The translations under genes and the position numbers were made by a program. Below the pieces are notes generated by a model. The model had not been told where the DNA came from. It was given only the letters and a program-made list of their open reading frames with translations, and did no database searches. From Pseudoalteromonas translucida KMM 520 (GTDB lineage: Bacteria > Pseudomonadota > Gammaproteobacteria > Enterobacterales > Alteromonadaceae), in the NCBI RefSeq assembly GCF_001465295.1, contig NZ_CP011035.1, positions 30,001 through 62,000 of the forward strand: 32,000 bases of DNA. Reading direction: 5' to 3'. The stretch's first letter is position 1; the number at the start of each line of letters is the position of its first letter. Positions 1 to 8,856 of the stretch are shown here, piece by piece.

Positions 1-714
1 TTGTTTGGTGCCTTAGGTGCGGTTAGTTTATCGATTCAATTACACTTTGCCAGCTACGTAACCAGTAGTAGCAGTATTTATCCGCTTATTTTAAGTAACG
101 GTATAGCCATTATTTTAACTGTAGTAATTGCAGCATTAATGCATGGTTTATTCCCCGATGTTACTGCGCGCCCTGGGCGTGCAGTGCCAACAAAAGATAA
201 AGCAAGTATTCGCCACGAAGTGCTGTTGTGCTCAAGCGTGGCTACGTTATCGTTTATTGTTTTTCAGGTACTGGATTTACAAGACTCTATTTCGGCGCAG
301 GCGGCATCTATTTTAATTTTATTTTCGTTGTGTTGGAAAGCCGCAGGCATAGCCAGTTGGCAGCGTATAATTGGCACGCTTATAGGCTGTAATGCCGCGC
401 TTTTGTCGCAGTTGTTTTTATACACTCATACCGACTTTTTACTGTTTCCTGTTATTGTGTTGTGGATTTTATCGTTTATATTTAGTCGTTTTCATATTTT
501 AGGTGGAGGGCCGCCGGGCATTGGCTTTGGTGTTTTAACCACGTTTGGTATTTTATTTGGGCAGTCGTTAGCCCCTGGGCAAGACTTGATTTACAGTGCG
601 TTGTATAGGTTTAGCTCTGTAACAGTGGCTGTTGTGGTTAGCTTAAGTGCGGTATATGTAATGCACAGAGTATTAAATAAATTTAATACTACACGCCATC
701 ATACCTACGATTAG
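1..714 (+). CDS. Integral membrane protein, C-terminal part (5' end cut by the window edge); FUSC / aromatic-acid-exporter-like (DUF2955-type) by composition
   Basis: The frame is open from base 1 to TAG at 712-714. It has several hydrophobic helices (GIAIILTVVIAALMHGLF, LLFPVIVLWILSFIFSRF, VTVAVVVSLSAVYVM) and is followed by a strong hairpin terminator. The family name is from memory only. Confidence 0.55.
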   Translation: MFGALGAVSLSIQLHFASYVTSSSSIYPLILSNGIAIILTVVIAALMHGLFPDVTARPGRAVPTKDKASIRHEVLLCSSVATLSFIVFQVLDLQDSISAQAASILILFSLCWKAAGIASWQRIIGTLIGCNAALLSQLFLYTHTDFLLFPVIVLWILSFIFSRFHILGGGPPGIGFGVLTTFGILFGQSLAPGQDLIYSALYRFSSVTVAVVVSLSAVYVMHRVLNKFNTTRHHTYD

Positions 715-740
715 CGATTAGCGATTAGCGATTAGCGATA
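708..740. repeat. Heptanucleotide tandem repeat (CGATTAG) x4 plus a partial fifth unit
   Basis: Direct reading gives cgattag at 708-714, 715-721, 722-728 and 729-735, then cgata. The stop codon of the upstream ORF (712-714) lies in unit 1. Because the period is 7, successive TAGs fall in all three frames. Confidence 0.9.
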
Positions 741-772
741 AAAAAGGCTGCATTTTATTTGCAGCCTTTTTT
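740..772. terminator. Bidirectional rho-independent terminator between convergent genes
   Basis: The sequence is aaaaaaGGCTGCattttatttGCAGCCtttttt. A GC-rich 6-bp stem (extendable through the A/T tracts) is flanked by an A-run and a T-run, between the + ORF ending at 714 and arfB (-) ending at 798. Confidence 0.8.
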
Positions 773-797
773 ATGTATTAGCTAAATATATATTTGT

Positions 798-1211
798 CTA
801 AAGCTTAATATTGCCGCGTAATGCTTTGGTTTGGCCGTGTTTGGTTTTTTTATCCATGCGTTTACGCTGCGAATTACGGCTAGGTTTAGTGGCTCTGCGG
901 GCTTTATTTACTTTAGTGGCGTTAATAATTAGATCTTTTAAGCGTTTAAATGCATCTTCGCGATTAAGCTCTTGCGTGCGGTGGCTTTGCGCTTTTATTA
1001 TTAATACGCCGTCTTTGGTTATGCGGCTATCGTTTAGTGCAAGTAAGCGTTCTTTATAAAAGTCGGGTAATTTAGAGCGGTTAATATCAAAACGAAGATG
1101 AATAGCGCTGGCTACTTTATTAACGTTTTGTCCACCGGCACCTTGCGAGCGAACTGCGGTTAATTCGACTTCCCATTCATCAATGGTCACGGTATTTGAA
1201 ATAGTTAACAT
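798..1211 (-). CDS. arfB: Alternative ribosome-rescue factor ArfB (YaeJ), peptidyl-tRNA hydrolase
   Basis: The 137-aa product has the GGQ motif in context (RSQGAGGQNVNKVASAIHLRFD) and a basic C-terminal tail (KARRATKPSRNSQRKRMDKKTKHGQTKALRGNIKL). It is colinear with E. coli YaeJ as I recall it. Confidence 0.93.
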   Translation of the reverse strand: MLTISNTVTIDEWEVELTAVRSQGAGGQNVNKVASAIHLRFDINRSKLPDFYKERLLALNDSRITKDGVLIIKAQSHRTQELNREDAFKRLKDLIINATKVNKARRATKPSRNSQRKRMDKKTKHGQTKALRGNIKL

Positions 1212-1391
1212 TATACTCAGCTAGTTTTTATAAAAACCTAGTATACCATTTGTGATTAACTATACCCAAATCAAGGTAAGCAGCTATTAATTGGCGTAAA
1301 TTTAACCCGTAACGGTTAACCCGCCCTTTAGGTTGTAACCTAAAGGCGCGGGAGTATATACTCAGTTATCTTGTGTTTATTATAGTGTTTT

Positions 1392-4300
1392 ATGTCTTTA
1401 TCTACTTTTGCCCCAGTAACCACGATTGATGATCAAAAAAAGCTTTGTGTTTTATTAAGTTTACTTTTAAGTTCTTCATCTTACAGCTATCAAAATTCGC
1501 CTCAGCTGTTTTCTAAACTGCTATTTAATCATTTTATAAACGGGTATTCGTTTTCACACGCCGAAGTAAAAAAAATAACCCGCGAGTTAGAAGAACAATC
1601 ACTGGTTTGGGAGCAACCGTTTAGGCAAAATCATAAACTTTCTATCGATGCCATCGTATATGCAATTGTAAGTTTGTTAGAGTACTGCCCTGGCTTAATT
1701 AAAAACTTTTTAACGCAAATAACCACTATATACCGCTTTAACGACAGTGCTTTAATGTTTATGTTTGAGCTATTTAATAGCATTGAAAAAAGTGAAGGCT
1801 CGCCGTTAGCGTCATCTGCAGAGCCTGAAATTGATCATCACTTTATTAATTTACTAGCACAATCAAAATACAGTAAGCAGCTGTGGTTAGCTTTACCCGC
1901 GCAGTGGCAACAAATATGTTTAGAGCATTTTATTCGCGGTGAATTTTTTAATCTAACTGCTGAGCATTCATGGCCATCAATAGTACAAAGTACCGCAACC
2001 ACTATTGAGCCAAGTAAGCGAATTTACCTAAACGAAAGCTTAGCTACGCTGCTGCAACAACCTGACTATAATGAATTACTCATTGATAAGTCGCACAGTA
2101 ACTTAGCAATATTTAGTCAGGCTAATAGCCTTGCCATTGACGGTACTCATTTAGAATTGGCGCTGCAACAATTTAAAACGGGGTTAACGCTTTATCGTAA
2201 AACCTTTGTTAAGGGTAGCTATCCGTGTGAAATAAGCGGTTTACTGTATATGGTGTGTTTATATGCCAGTGGTACAGAAGCCGATTTAAAACAACTAAGA
2301 ACACATAAAAATTGGTATAACAAACAACTCGGCGAGCTCAGTAGCACAACGCAAGCCATTGAATTTTTGTTACTCGCACCCGAACAAGTAATAAGTTTTG
2401 AGCAGCGCTTACTACACGATACGATTGAAAACCTACAGGCAAACCCAAATGCATTAGCGCCTCTTTTTTGCCTATTATTGGCTTTAATAAAGCACGGTAG
2501 CGAAGAGCAAATTAATGCCCTTAGAGACAACAGTAAACTGCTGAGCCAATTAATTTATTCAAGCCAACAGCATCAGCACTGGCTAGGTGAACAGTGCACG
2601 CATTTAGCAAATTGGCTAACGCACGATACACCATTGCCAGATACCGGTTTATTACAGCATTTTAAACGCGTGCCACAATGGCAGCGTTGGTTAAATGAAG
2701 TAAGCAAAATAGACACTCCAACGCAAAATGAGCGCCTAGTTTGGCAGCTCGACCTTACCCATTTAGACTTGCCACTTATTCAAGCCAAAGTGCAAAAACA
2801 CAACAGCAAAGGCGAATGGACTAAAGGCCGTAAAGTAAATATTTATGATCTTGATGATGATCAATACCGACACTTACTTAGCCCATCCGATCATAATTTA
2901 GTGCAAGTAATTAGTAATCATGCGGGCTTTGGTTACAGTGAAGTACAAGCAACCAGCGCGGTGTTGCAAGCGCTAATTAACTTCAAAGGGCTTGAAGACA
3001 TTAAAGGTAACTTAGTTACGCTTAACAAAGGTGAGTTTATAATTGAAATTGGGCAAAATATTAACGACTGTTACCAATTAATTATACAGCCTAAAATTAC
3101 CGACATAGACGGCGACTTTTTACTTACCCACAGCCACGCTAATAGTTACCAAGTATTTGTAGTAGACGACAAACAACATAAATTAAATAGCCTGCTTGCT
3201 CAGCAACCTAATAACTTAACAGAAGAAAAACTGCCACAACTTAATGCGGCGTTAGAGGCCTTGTCGAAGGATCATTATATTAGCAGTAGCCGCAGCGAGT
3301 TTTCTGCAATTAATAACGTGCGCCAAGGGCTTGTTGATTTAGCCGCAGTAATTAAGTTAACCCCAATGGGTATAGACGTTAACTTTTATACTATGCCATT
3401 TGGTGTTGATGGCCCATGGGTTGAGCCCGCAATAGGCGCAATAACCTTAGCCTATAGCGATAACGAGCAAGCCGATAACAGCGTTGTAAAACGCGATTTA
3501 AAAGCAGAAAAACGCGCTTTAAAAAACCTACTTAGTAATTTAGCTGGCGTATTTGCCGATCAAGAGCATCCGCAGTATAACAGCGCGCATCAGCAGTTTT
3601 ATTTACCCGAAGATATTAGCCAAGCCATAATACAATTAGAAGCCGCGCAAAAAGACAACGCACTAGTATTAAGTTGGGATGAAAACGCCCAAGGTATGAA
3701 GGTTGCCAATAGTAAGCACCTTTCTCTTAATTTAAATGATGATAACGATTGGCTTAGTGTTAGTGGTAAATTATCGCTCCCCGATGGTCAAATAATTGCT
3801 TTGCAAACACTCCTTAAAGCCCCGCGTCGTGGCAGTATTATAGAGTTTGACGAAAATAACTCGTTATTATTAGATCAACGATTAACTAACTTATTAAATC
3901 GCTTAGAGGGCATGCAAAGTAAAGCTAAAAACGCCCCCGACGATCAGCTTCGTATTGCTAATGCGCGCGCGCTGCCTTTGTACCACAGTGCTGCAGAACT
4001 GAGTGATGTTAGCTTTGGTGCAAACTGGCAACAGCGCTTAGCTAAATTTGAGCGCCCAAGTGAACCTGTATTACCCGCGCATTTAGTTAATATATTACGC
4101 GACTACCAAGTGGTTGGCGTAAAATGGTTAATGCAACTGGCTAACTGGGGATTAAATGCCTGTTTAGCCGATGATATGGGCTTAGGTAAAACGCTACAAA
4201 CACTTAATGTATTACAAATGCGCAGTGCTTTAGGTGCCAGCTTAGTTATAGCGCCAAAATCGGTATGTCATAACTGGCAGGTAGAGGCCGCGCGATTTAC

Positions 4301-5447
4301 CCCTACTCTTAATATTAAAACTATTGATAATGCAGCCGCAACAGATGAGGTGCTAGCCGGTGCTAGCGCTAATGACCTAGTAATTGTTAGTTATGGCTTA
4401 TTACCTTTAATAGGGGATCAATTGTCTGCGTACGAATTTGCCAATATTGTACTAGACGAAGCACAAGCCATTAAAAATCCATTAAGTCTTCGCGCTAAAG
4501 CTGCTTTTGCACTTAATGGTCAGTTTAAAGTGGCGCTTTCGGGCACTCCTATTGAAAATCATTTAGGTGAGCTGTGGAGCTTATTTAACTTTTTAATGCC
4601 GGGTTTTTTACATTCATTAGCTGAGTTTAAAAAGCGCTTTGGTAATGCCGATAAAAATCAGCAGCAGGCTGATACGCTAAAAACATTAATTGCGCCGTTT
4701 ATTTTACGCCGTAATAAAAAAACGGTACTGACCGAGTTACCCGATAAAACCGAAATAAACCTTACTTTTGCGCTCAGCGATAAAGAGCAAGCTCTTTACG
4801 AAGCCACTCGCTTAAACGCGCTTGAGCAAGCCAGCCAAGAAGACAGCCAATACATTACTATATTGGCGTCATTAACTAAATTGCGCCGCGCGTGTATTGC
4901 TCCGCAGTTATTAGTTGAAAACAGTAAGTTACCTTCAAGCAAACTCGACACCGCCGAAGCAATAATTGAAGAATTACTTGAAAATGATCACCAAGCACTT
5001 ATTTTTAGCCAGTTTGTTGATGTACTTAAATTAGTTGAACAGCGACTAAAAAAACGCGGTATAGCATATTGTTACCTTGATGGCAGCATGAGCAGCAACA
5101 AACGCAAGCAACAGGTTGATAAGTTTCAGGCAGGTGAGGCGCCTTTATTTTTAATTAGTTTAAAAGCTGGCGGCACCGGGCTTAATTTAACTGCTGCCGA
5201 TTATGTGCTGCACTTAGATCCTTGGTGGAACCCCGCGGTTGAGCAACAAGCTTCTGACAGAGCGCATCGCTTAGGGCAAACACGCCCTGTAACCGTGTAT
5301 CGCTTAATTGCGCAAAACACCATAGAAGAAAAAATACTGCAACTGCATGAGCACAAACAAGCCCTTGCCGACAAAGTACTTAGCGGCAGCAGTAACACCG
5401 GGCAATTATCAAAAGATCAGTTATTGTCTTTGTTGCAAAATCAGTAA
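1392..5447 (+). CDS. SNF2/Rad54-family ATP-dependent helicase with a large unassigned N-terminal region
   Basis: The 1351-aa ORF has a C-terminal third (about nt 4099-5400) carrying motif I LADDMGLGKT, motif II DEAQAIKN, motif III LSGTPIENHL, motif V GGTGLNLTAADYVLHLDPWWNP and motif VI QASDRAHRLGQTRPVTVYR. I recognise no motif in the first 900 aa or so. Confidence 0.9.
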   Translation: MSLSTFAPVTTIDDQKKLCVLLSLLLSSSSYSYQNSPQLFSKLLFNHFINGYSFSHAEVKKITRELEEQSLVWEQPFRQNHKLSIDAIVYAIVSLLEYCPGLIKNFLTQITTIYRFNDSALMFMFELFNSIEKSEGSPLASSAEPEIDHHFINLLAQSKYSKQLWLALPAQWQQICLEHFIRGEFFNLTAEHSWPSIVQSTATTIEPSKRIYLNESLATLLQQPDYNELLIDKSHSNLAIFSQANSLAIDGTHLELALQQFKTGLTLYRKTFVKGSYPCEISGLLYMVCLYASGTEADLKQLRTHKNWYNKQLGELSSTTQAIEFLLLAPEQVISFEQRLLHDTIENLQANPNALAPLFCLLLALIKHGSEEQINALRDNSKLLSQLIYSSQQHQHWLGEQCTHLANWLTHDTPLPDTGLLQHFKRVPQWQRWLNEVSKIDTPTQNERLVWQLDLTHLDLPLIQAKVQKHNSKGEWTKGRKVNIYDLDDDQYRHLLSPSDHNLVQVISNHAGFGYSEVQATSAVLQALINFKGLEDIKGNLVTLNKGEFIIEIGQNINDCYQLIIQPKITDIDGDFLLTHSHANSYQVFVVDDKQHKLNSLLAQQPNNLTEEKLPQLNAALEALSKDHYISSSRSEFSAINNVRQGLVDLAAVIKLTPMGIDVNFYTMPFGVDGPWVEPAIGAITLAYSDNEQADNSVVKRDLKAEKRALKNLLSNLAGVFADQEHPQYNSAHQQFYLPEDISQAIIQLEAAQKDNALVLSWDENAQGMKVANSKHLSLNLNDDNDWLSVSGKLSLPDGQIIALQTLLKAPRRGSIIEFDENNSLLLDQRLTNLLNRLEGMQSKAKNAPDDQLRIANARALPLYHSAAELSDVSFGANWQQRLAKFERPSEPVLPAHLVNILRDYQVVGVKWLMQLANWGLNACLADDMGLGKTLQTLNVLQMRSALGASLVIAPKSVCHNWQVEAARFTPTLNIKTIDNAAATDEVLAGASANDLVIVSYGLLPLIGDQLSAYEFANIVLDEAQAIKNPLSLRAKAAFALNGQFKVALSGTPIENHLGELWSLFNFLMPGFLHSLAEFKKRFGNADKNQQQADTLKTLIAPFILRRNKKTVLTELPDKTEINLTFALSDKEQALYEATRLNALEQASQEDSQYITILASLTKLRRACIAPQLLVENSKLPSSKLDTAEAIIEELLENDHQALIFSQFVDVLKLVEQRLKKRGIAYCYLDGSMSSNKRKQQVDKFQAGEAPLFLISLKAGGTGLNLTAADYVLHLDPWWNPAVEQQASDRAHRLGQTRPVTVYRLIAQNTIEEKILQLHEHKQALADKVLSGSSNTGQLSKDQLLSLLQNQ

Positions 5448-5465
5448 AATAAAGTGTTTAGTGCA

Positions 5466-5488
5466 AAGTGCGATTTTAAATCGCACTT
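5466..5488. terminator. Hairpin downstream of the SNF2 gene (possible terminator, no clear U-tract)
   Basis: AAGTGCGATTT t AAATCGCACTT forms perfect 11-bp arms about 20 nt after the stop codon. It is not followed by a T-run on either strand, so terminator function is uncertain. Confidence 0.35.
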
Positions 5489-5614
5489 ACAATAAACTTT
5501 AAATACGGCAATAGGTTTTACTCGTAGGTGCTAAGCCTGCAGGCGCAATATTTTCAACGAAAATATAATTACTTAAATATTTGCACTAGATACGCGGGGC
5601 AATAAGCTACTTGC

Positions 5615-6217
5615 CTACAATAATACCTCTGTTACGCGTTTTTTTAACTCTGGCAGTACCTCCTGTTCAAACCAAGGGTTCTTTTTAAGCCAAATATTAT
5701 TACGCGGGCTGGGGTGTGGTAGCACTAAATGGCTTGGCCAATAGTCACGCCACAATTTTACTAACTCAGTAAGTGCTAGCTTTTTAGTATTGGGTAAATG
5801 ATAAGCCTGGGCATACTTACCTAGCACAATAGTGAGCTGTAAATTAGGCAGGGCGGCTAAAAGCTGTGTGCGCCAAGCTGGGGCACATTCTTTACGTGGT
5901 GGTAAATCGCCCGACTTGCCTTTACCTGGATAGCAAAACCCCATAGGTAAAATAGCAATGTTATTGGCATCATAAAATTGGCTGTTAGTAAGCCCTAACC
6001 ACTGCCTTAAGCGATCACCGCTTTGATCGTTAAACGGTATACCGCTTTGATGTACTTTTATACCCGGCGCTTGGCCTGCAATTAATATTTGGGCGTTAGG
6101 GTTAAATTGTATAACGGGGCGTGCTCCTAACGGTAATTGCGGTTCGCAGATCACGCATTTACTAACTTGAGCTACTAATTCATTAAATTCTATCTTTTTT
6201 GACTGTTTTTCACTCAA
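5615..6217 (-). CDS. Uracil-DNA glycosylase superfamily protein (family 4/5-like, possible Fe-S type)
   Basis: The 200-aa product has motif A-like ILIAGQAPG, motif B-like HLVLPHPSPRN, and four Cys arranged C21-x2-C24 ... C95-x15-C111. It apparently starts at TTG, with AGAGG 7 nt upstream. There is no in-frame ATG before the conserved core. Confidence 0.8.
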   Translation of the reverse strand: MSEKQSKKIEFNELVAQVSKCVICEPQLPLGARPVIQFNPNAQILIAGQAPGIKVHQSGIPFNDQSGDRLRQWLGLTNSQFYDANNIAILPMGFCYPGKGKSGDLPPRKECAPAWRTQLLAALPNLQLTIVLGKYAQAYHLPNTKKLALTELVKLWRDYWPSHLVLPHPSPRNNIWLKKNPWFEQEVLPELKKRVTEVLL

Positions 6218-6343
6218 GTTTTGGCCTCTATTCGTTATTTGCGGTATTGAGTTGGTAAAAAATCGGTTTATTTTAGTGTGCCTAACTACTAGTTAGTATA
6301 ATACTGATCTATTCCTGGTTATGCACTTAACCCATTATATAAC

Positions 6344-6703
6344 CTAGTGTTTTTCAGCCCATACTGCAAACTCATTACCGCTTGGCTCGGTAAAATGAAA
6401 CCTACAACCGCCAGGAAATTCAAAAATAGGCTTAATTACTTTACCGCCGTATAAGGTTACTTTTCTTTGTGTTGCATGAATATCGCTGCTGTAAAAAACC
6501 AATAGCGCGGAGCCCTCTTCAGTACTCGACTTTAAAGGCGACTGGTAAAACCCACCATTAAGCTCTTGCCCGCTAAAAGCCGTGTAGTCTGGGCCGTAGT
6601 CGGTAAATTGCCAATTAAAAACTTGGCTAAAAAATGCTTTAGTTGCGGTTAAATTAGCTGCTGGAAACTCTACATAGTTTAGCTTTTCGTGATTATTCAT
6701 CAT
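6344..6703 (-). CDS. VOC / glyoxalase-bleomycin-resistance family protein
   Basis: The size (about 119 aa from the internal MM start) and sequence pattern (FYQSPL..., GGKVIKPIFEFPGGCRFHFTEPSGNEFAVW) are typical of small VOC proteins. I prefer the ATG at 6703 or 6700, because the extension to 6760 adds an unlikely hydrophobic leader. Confidence 0.7.
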   Translation of the reverse strand: MMNNHEKLNYVEFPAANLTATKAFFSQVFNWQFTDYGPDYTAFSGQELNGGFYQSPLKSSTEEGSALLVFYSSDIHATQRKVTLYGGKVIKPIFEFPGGCRFHFTEPSGNEFAVWAEKH

Positions 6704-6820
6704 TATTCTACTTACTATTTTTAAAGGGTAAATTAACCATAAACCTAAGTTAACTACCAAGCAAGGCGCTTAAGCGTATTTGGGATCAATATTATACTAA
6801 GTTAAAATTAATTTACGTAT

Positions 6821-6839
6821 GCAAATGGGAATCACTATC
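6821..6839. promoter_or_regulatory. Fur-box-like operator overlapping the -35 region of the PepSY operon promoter
   Basis: GCAAATGGGAATCACTATC matches the 19-bp Fur consensus GATAATGATAATCATTATC at 14 of 19 positions by hand alignment. A TATAAT hexamer lies at 6857-6862, and the operon ATG is at 6905. Confidence 0.5.
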
Positions 6840-6904
6840 TTTTGCATTCATAAACTATATAATAGCACTTTTATTTTTCGCCATATTTAAGGGATTGACT
6901 CATT

Positions 6905-7258
6905 ATGCAGGCTTCATCACTTAGTTTAGGGTCAACTAAGCTGCTTTTATTAAAGCCGCTTTTGATATTTCAGCACATAAGCCGTTTTAGTTATGCTTTT
7001 AAAGTGTGTTTACGCTTTTTTATTGCCATTGTCGGTGGCTATTTTTTTACTGCGGTGAGCTGCTCGTTACTGAGCGCTATTTTGCCACTAAATAAAGCCG
7101 ATGCAGTTTTGATGAGCGTGTCGTTAAGTATTTTAATTTATACGCTGGTATTTATTTACGCTTTTTATGTTAAGTCATTAAAAACAGTGTGGATCAGTAT
7201 TTTACTAGCTACTGCAGCGCAATTAAGTTTATTAGCACTAATAAAGGGTTGGGTATGA
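6905..7258 (+). CDS. Small polytopic membrane protein, first gene of the PepSY-TM operon (DUF3649-like by size and position)
   Basis: The 117-aa product has about 3 TM helices. Its stop overlaps the next gene's start (ATGA at 7255-7258). AAGGGA lies about 10 nt upstream of the ATG. The DUF name is from memory of this operon type. Confidence 0.65.
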   Translation: MQASSLSLGSTKLLLLKPLLIFQHISRFSYAFKVCLRFFIAIVGGYFFTAVSCSLLSAILPLNKADAVLMSVSLSILIYTLVFIYAFYVKSLKTVWISILLATAAQLSLLALIKGWV

Positions 7259-8856
7259 AGGATAGTTTTTTTCGTTCAATGACCTGGTTACATACCTGGG
7301 TTGGGTTATTAGTGTGCTGGTTACTTTATTTGATCTTTTTTTCTGGTACGTTAAGCTTTTTTAGAGACGAAATTAGTTTATGGAATCAGCCCGAAATTCA
7401 TAATATTCAAGCGAAAACGGATCGTATAAGTGCGCAAAAACAACAAGTAATTACAGGCTTTGATTACCTAAACGCCCAAGCAAGCAATGCCCCAAGCTGG
7501 CGTATAACACTTCCTGAACAACGCGTACCTTACTTAACCTACGGCTTTGCAAAACCTAAAGAGCCGGGCCAGCGCAGAAGTAAATTTGAAGACACGCAAT
7601 TAGATCCAAATACTATGCAGCCGCTTGCGCCTTTTAGAGAAACCAAAGGCGGTAACTTTTTTTATCGCCTGCATTTTGATTTACATTACATAGATGTTAT
7701 TACCGCGCGCTGGATTGTGTGTTTTGCGAGTTTATTTATGCTAATTGCGATTGTATCGGGGGTGGTGATCCACAAGCGTATTTTTAAAGATATGTTTACC
7801 TTTAGGCGCAATAAAGGCAGCCGCACATGGCTCGACGCTCACAATATAAGCTCAGTATTAGCTCTGCCCTTTCATTTAATGATTACCTATACCGGGTTAA
7901 TTACCTTAATATTTATGCTGTTTCCTTATCCGGCTGAAACTAGTTACGACAAAGGTATGCGAGACTTTTTTAATGATGTTACACCACGCAATAATGTAAC
8001 TGACAAAGCGCAGGGTGCAGCGCCTATGGTAAAAGTAAATAGCATTTTAGATCAACTTTATACTAAGTGGCCAAATGCCGATATTCGCCGTGTACAGGTA
8101 AGTAACCCTAATATGGCGGCATCAACTATTACTGTACTCGTTAGCCCACAAAAAGCGTTTCGTGACCAAACACCTCGGCTAATATTTAGTGGCGCAACAG
8201 GGGAGTTGGTAGCTCAAACCGATGAAGAACTAAGTGCAGGCAAAGCGCTTTATGAATCGTTAAACTCAATGCATACCGGGCGCTTAGCCGAACCATTGCT
8301 ACGTTGGCTCTACTTTTTAGGAGGTATTGCGGGTTGTGTAATGATTGCCTCTGGCTGCATTATGTGGGCAAAACGTTTACGTGAGCGAATGAAAAAAAAT
8401 GCGCATCCATCGTTTGGCATAAAACTAGTAGAAGGATTAAACCTAGCTACTTTAATGGGGCTTCCATTAGCTACCTGTGTGTTTTTTATTGCTAATAGAG
8501 TACTTAGCCCACAAGTTGTCGGGCGTGCTGATAAAGAAGTGCTGGCGTTCTTTTTAACCTGGCTTGTGGTAGCCGTTGTAGCGCTTATAAAGCGCGATAG
8601 AGTGCAATGGCGAGTTATGGCGGCAATAAATGGCTTAGCCTGTTTAGCAGTACCTGTAATTAATGCGCTAACAACTAACGGTAATATAGTTAGTTATTTA
8701 ATAAATAAACAGTGGCCGTTATTCACCTTTGATGCGCTGTTTATACTCTCTGGCATATTGTTTTTTATACAAACCGAAAAATTACGTACTGCCAAGCAAA
8801 CTACAAAAGCGCTAAAACACAACGCTAGTTCTGATTTAAAAGGACAAAAAGTATGA
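7255..8856 (+). CDS. PepSY-associated TM-helix protein (PiuB/FoxB-like iron-regulated membrane protein, putative siderophore reductase family)
   Basis: The N-terminus MKDSFFRSMTWLHTWVGL is characteristic of the family. Conserved His-containing TM segments are present (YRLHFDLHY, DAHNISSVLALPFHLMITYTG, SMHTGR), with long periplasmic loops between TM pairs. I take the start at 7255 (ATGA coupling) rather than the 7189 extension. Confidence 0.85.
   Translation: MKDSFFRSMTWLHTWVGLLVCWLLYLIFFSGTLSFFRDEISLWNQPEIHNIQAKTDRISAQKQQVITGFDYLNAQASNAPSWRITLPEQRVPYLTYGFAKPKEPGQRRSKFEDTQLDPNTMQPLAPFRETKGGNFFYRLHFDLHYIDVITARWIVCFASLFMLIAIVSGVVIHKRIFKDMFTFRRNKGSRTWLDAHNISSVLALPFHLMITYTGLITLIFMLFPYPAETSYDKGMRDFFNDVTPRNNVTDKAQGAAPMVKVNSILDQLYTKWPNADIRRVQVSNPNMAASTITVLVSPQKAFRDQTPRLIFSGATGELVAQTDEELSAGKALYESLNSMHTGRLAEPLLRWLYFLGGIAGCVMIASGCIMWAKRLRERMKKNAHPSFGIKLVEGLNLATLMGLPLATCVFFIANRVLSPQVVGRADKEVLAFFLTWLVVAVVALIKRDRVQWRVMAAINGLACLAVPVINALTTNGNIVSYLINKQWPLFTFDALFILSGILFFIQTEKLRTAKQTTKALKHNASSDLKGQKV

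Noticed and set aside
2219-5398. The - strand ORFs 2219-2530 and 5201-5398 inside the SNF2 gene. The same applies to 811-1059 (+) inside arfB, 9502-9738 (+) inside blc, 11500-11925 (-) inside the transposase, and 13269-13466, 13712-13975, 16354-16686, 23537-24493, 27247-27556, 28706-29035, 30205-30423, 30946-31158 and 31251-31508.
   Set aside because: All lie fully within, and antisense to or out of frame with, confidently identified genes. None has a recognisable motif or ribosome-binding site.
6704-7254. N-terminal extensions offered by the ORF track (VOC to 6760, PepSY protein from 7189; also the methyltransferase to 16790 and the small ORF to 22274).
   Set aside because: Internal ATGs with better SD spacing, ATGA coupling or family-typical N-termini are available, and the extensions add non-homologous-looking leaders.
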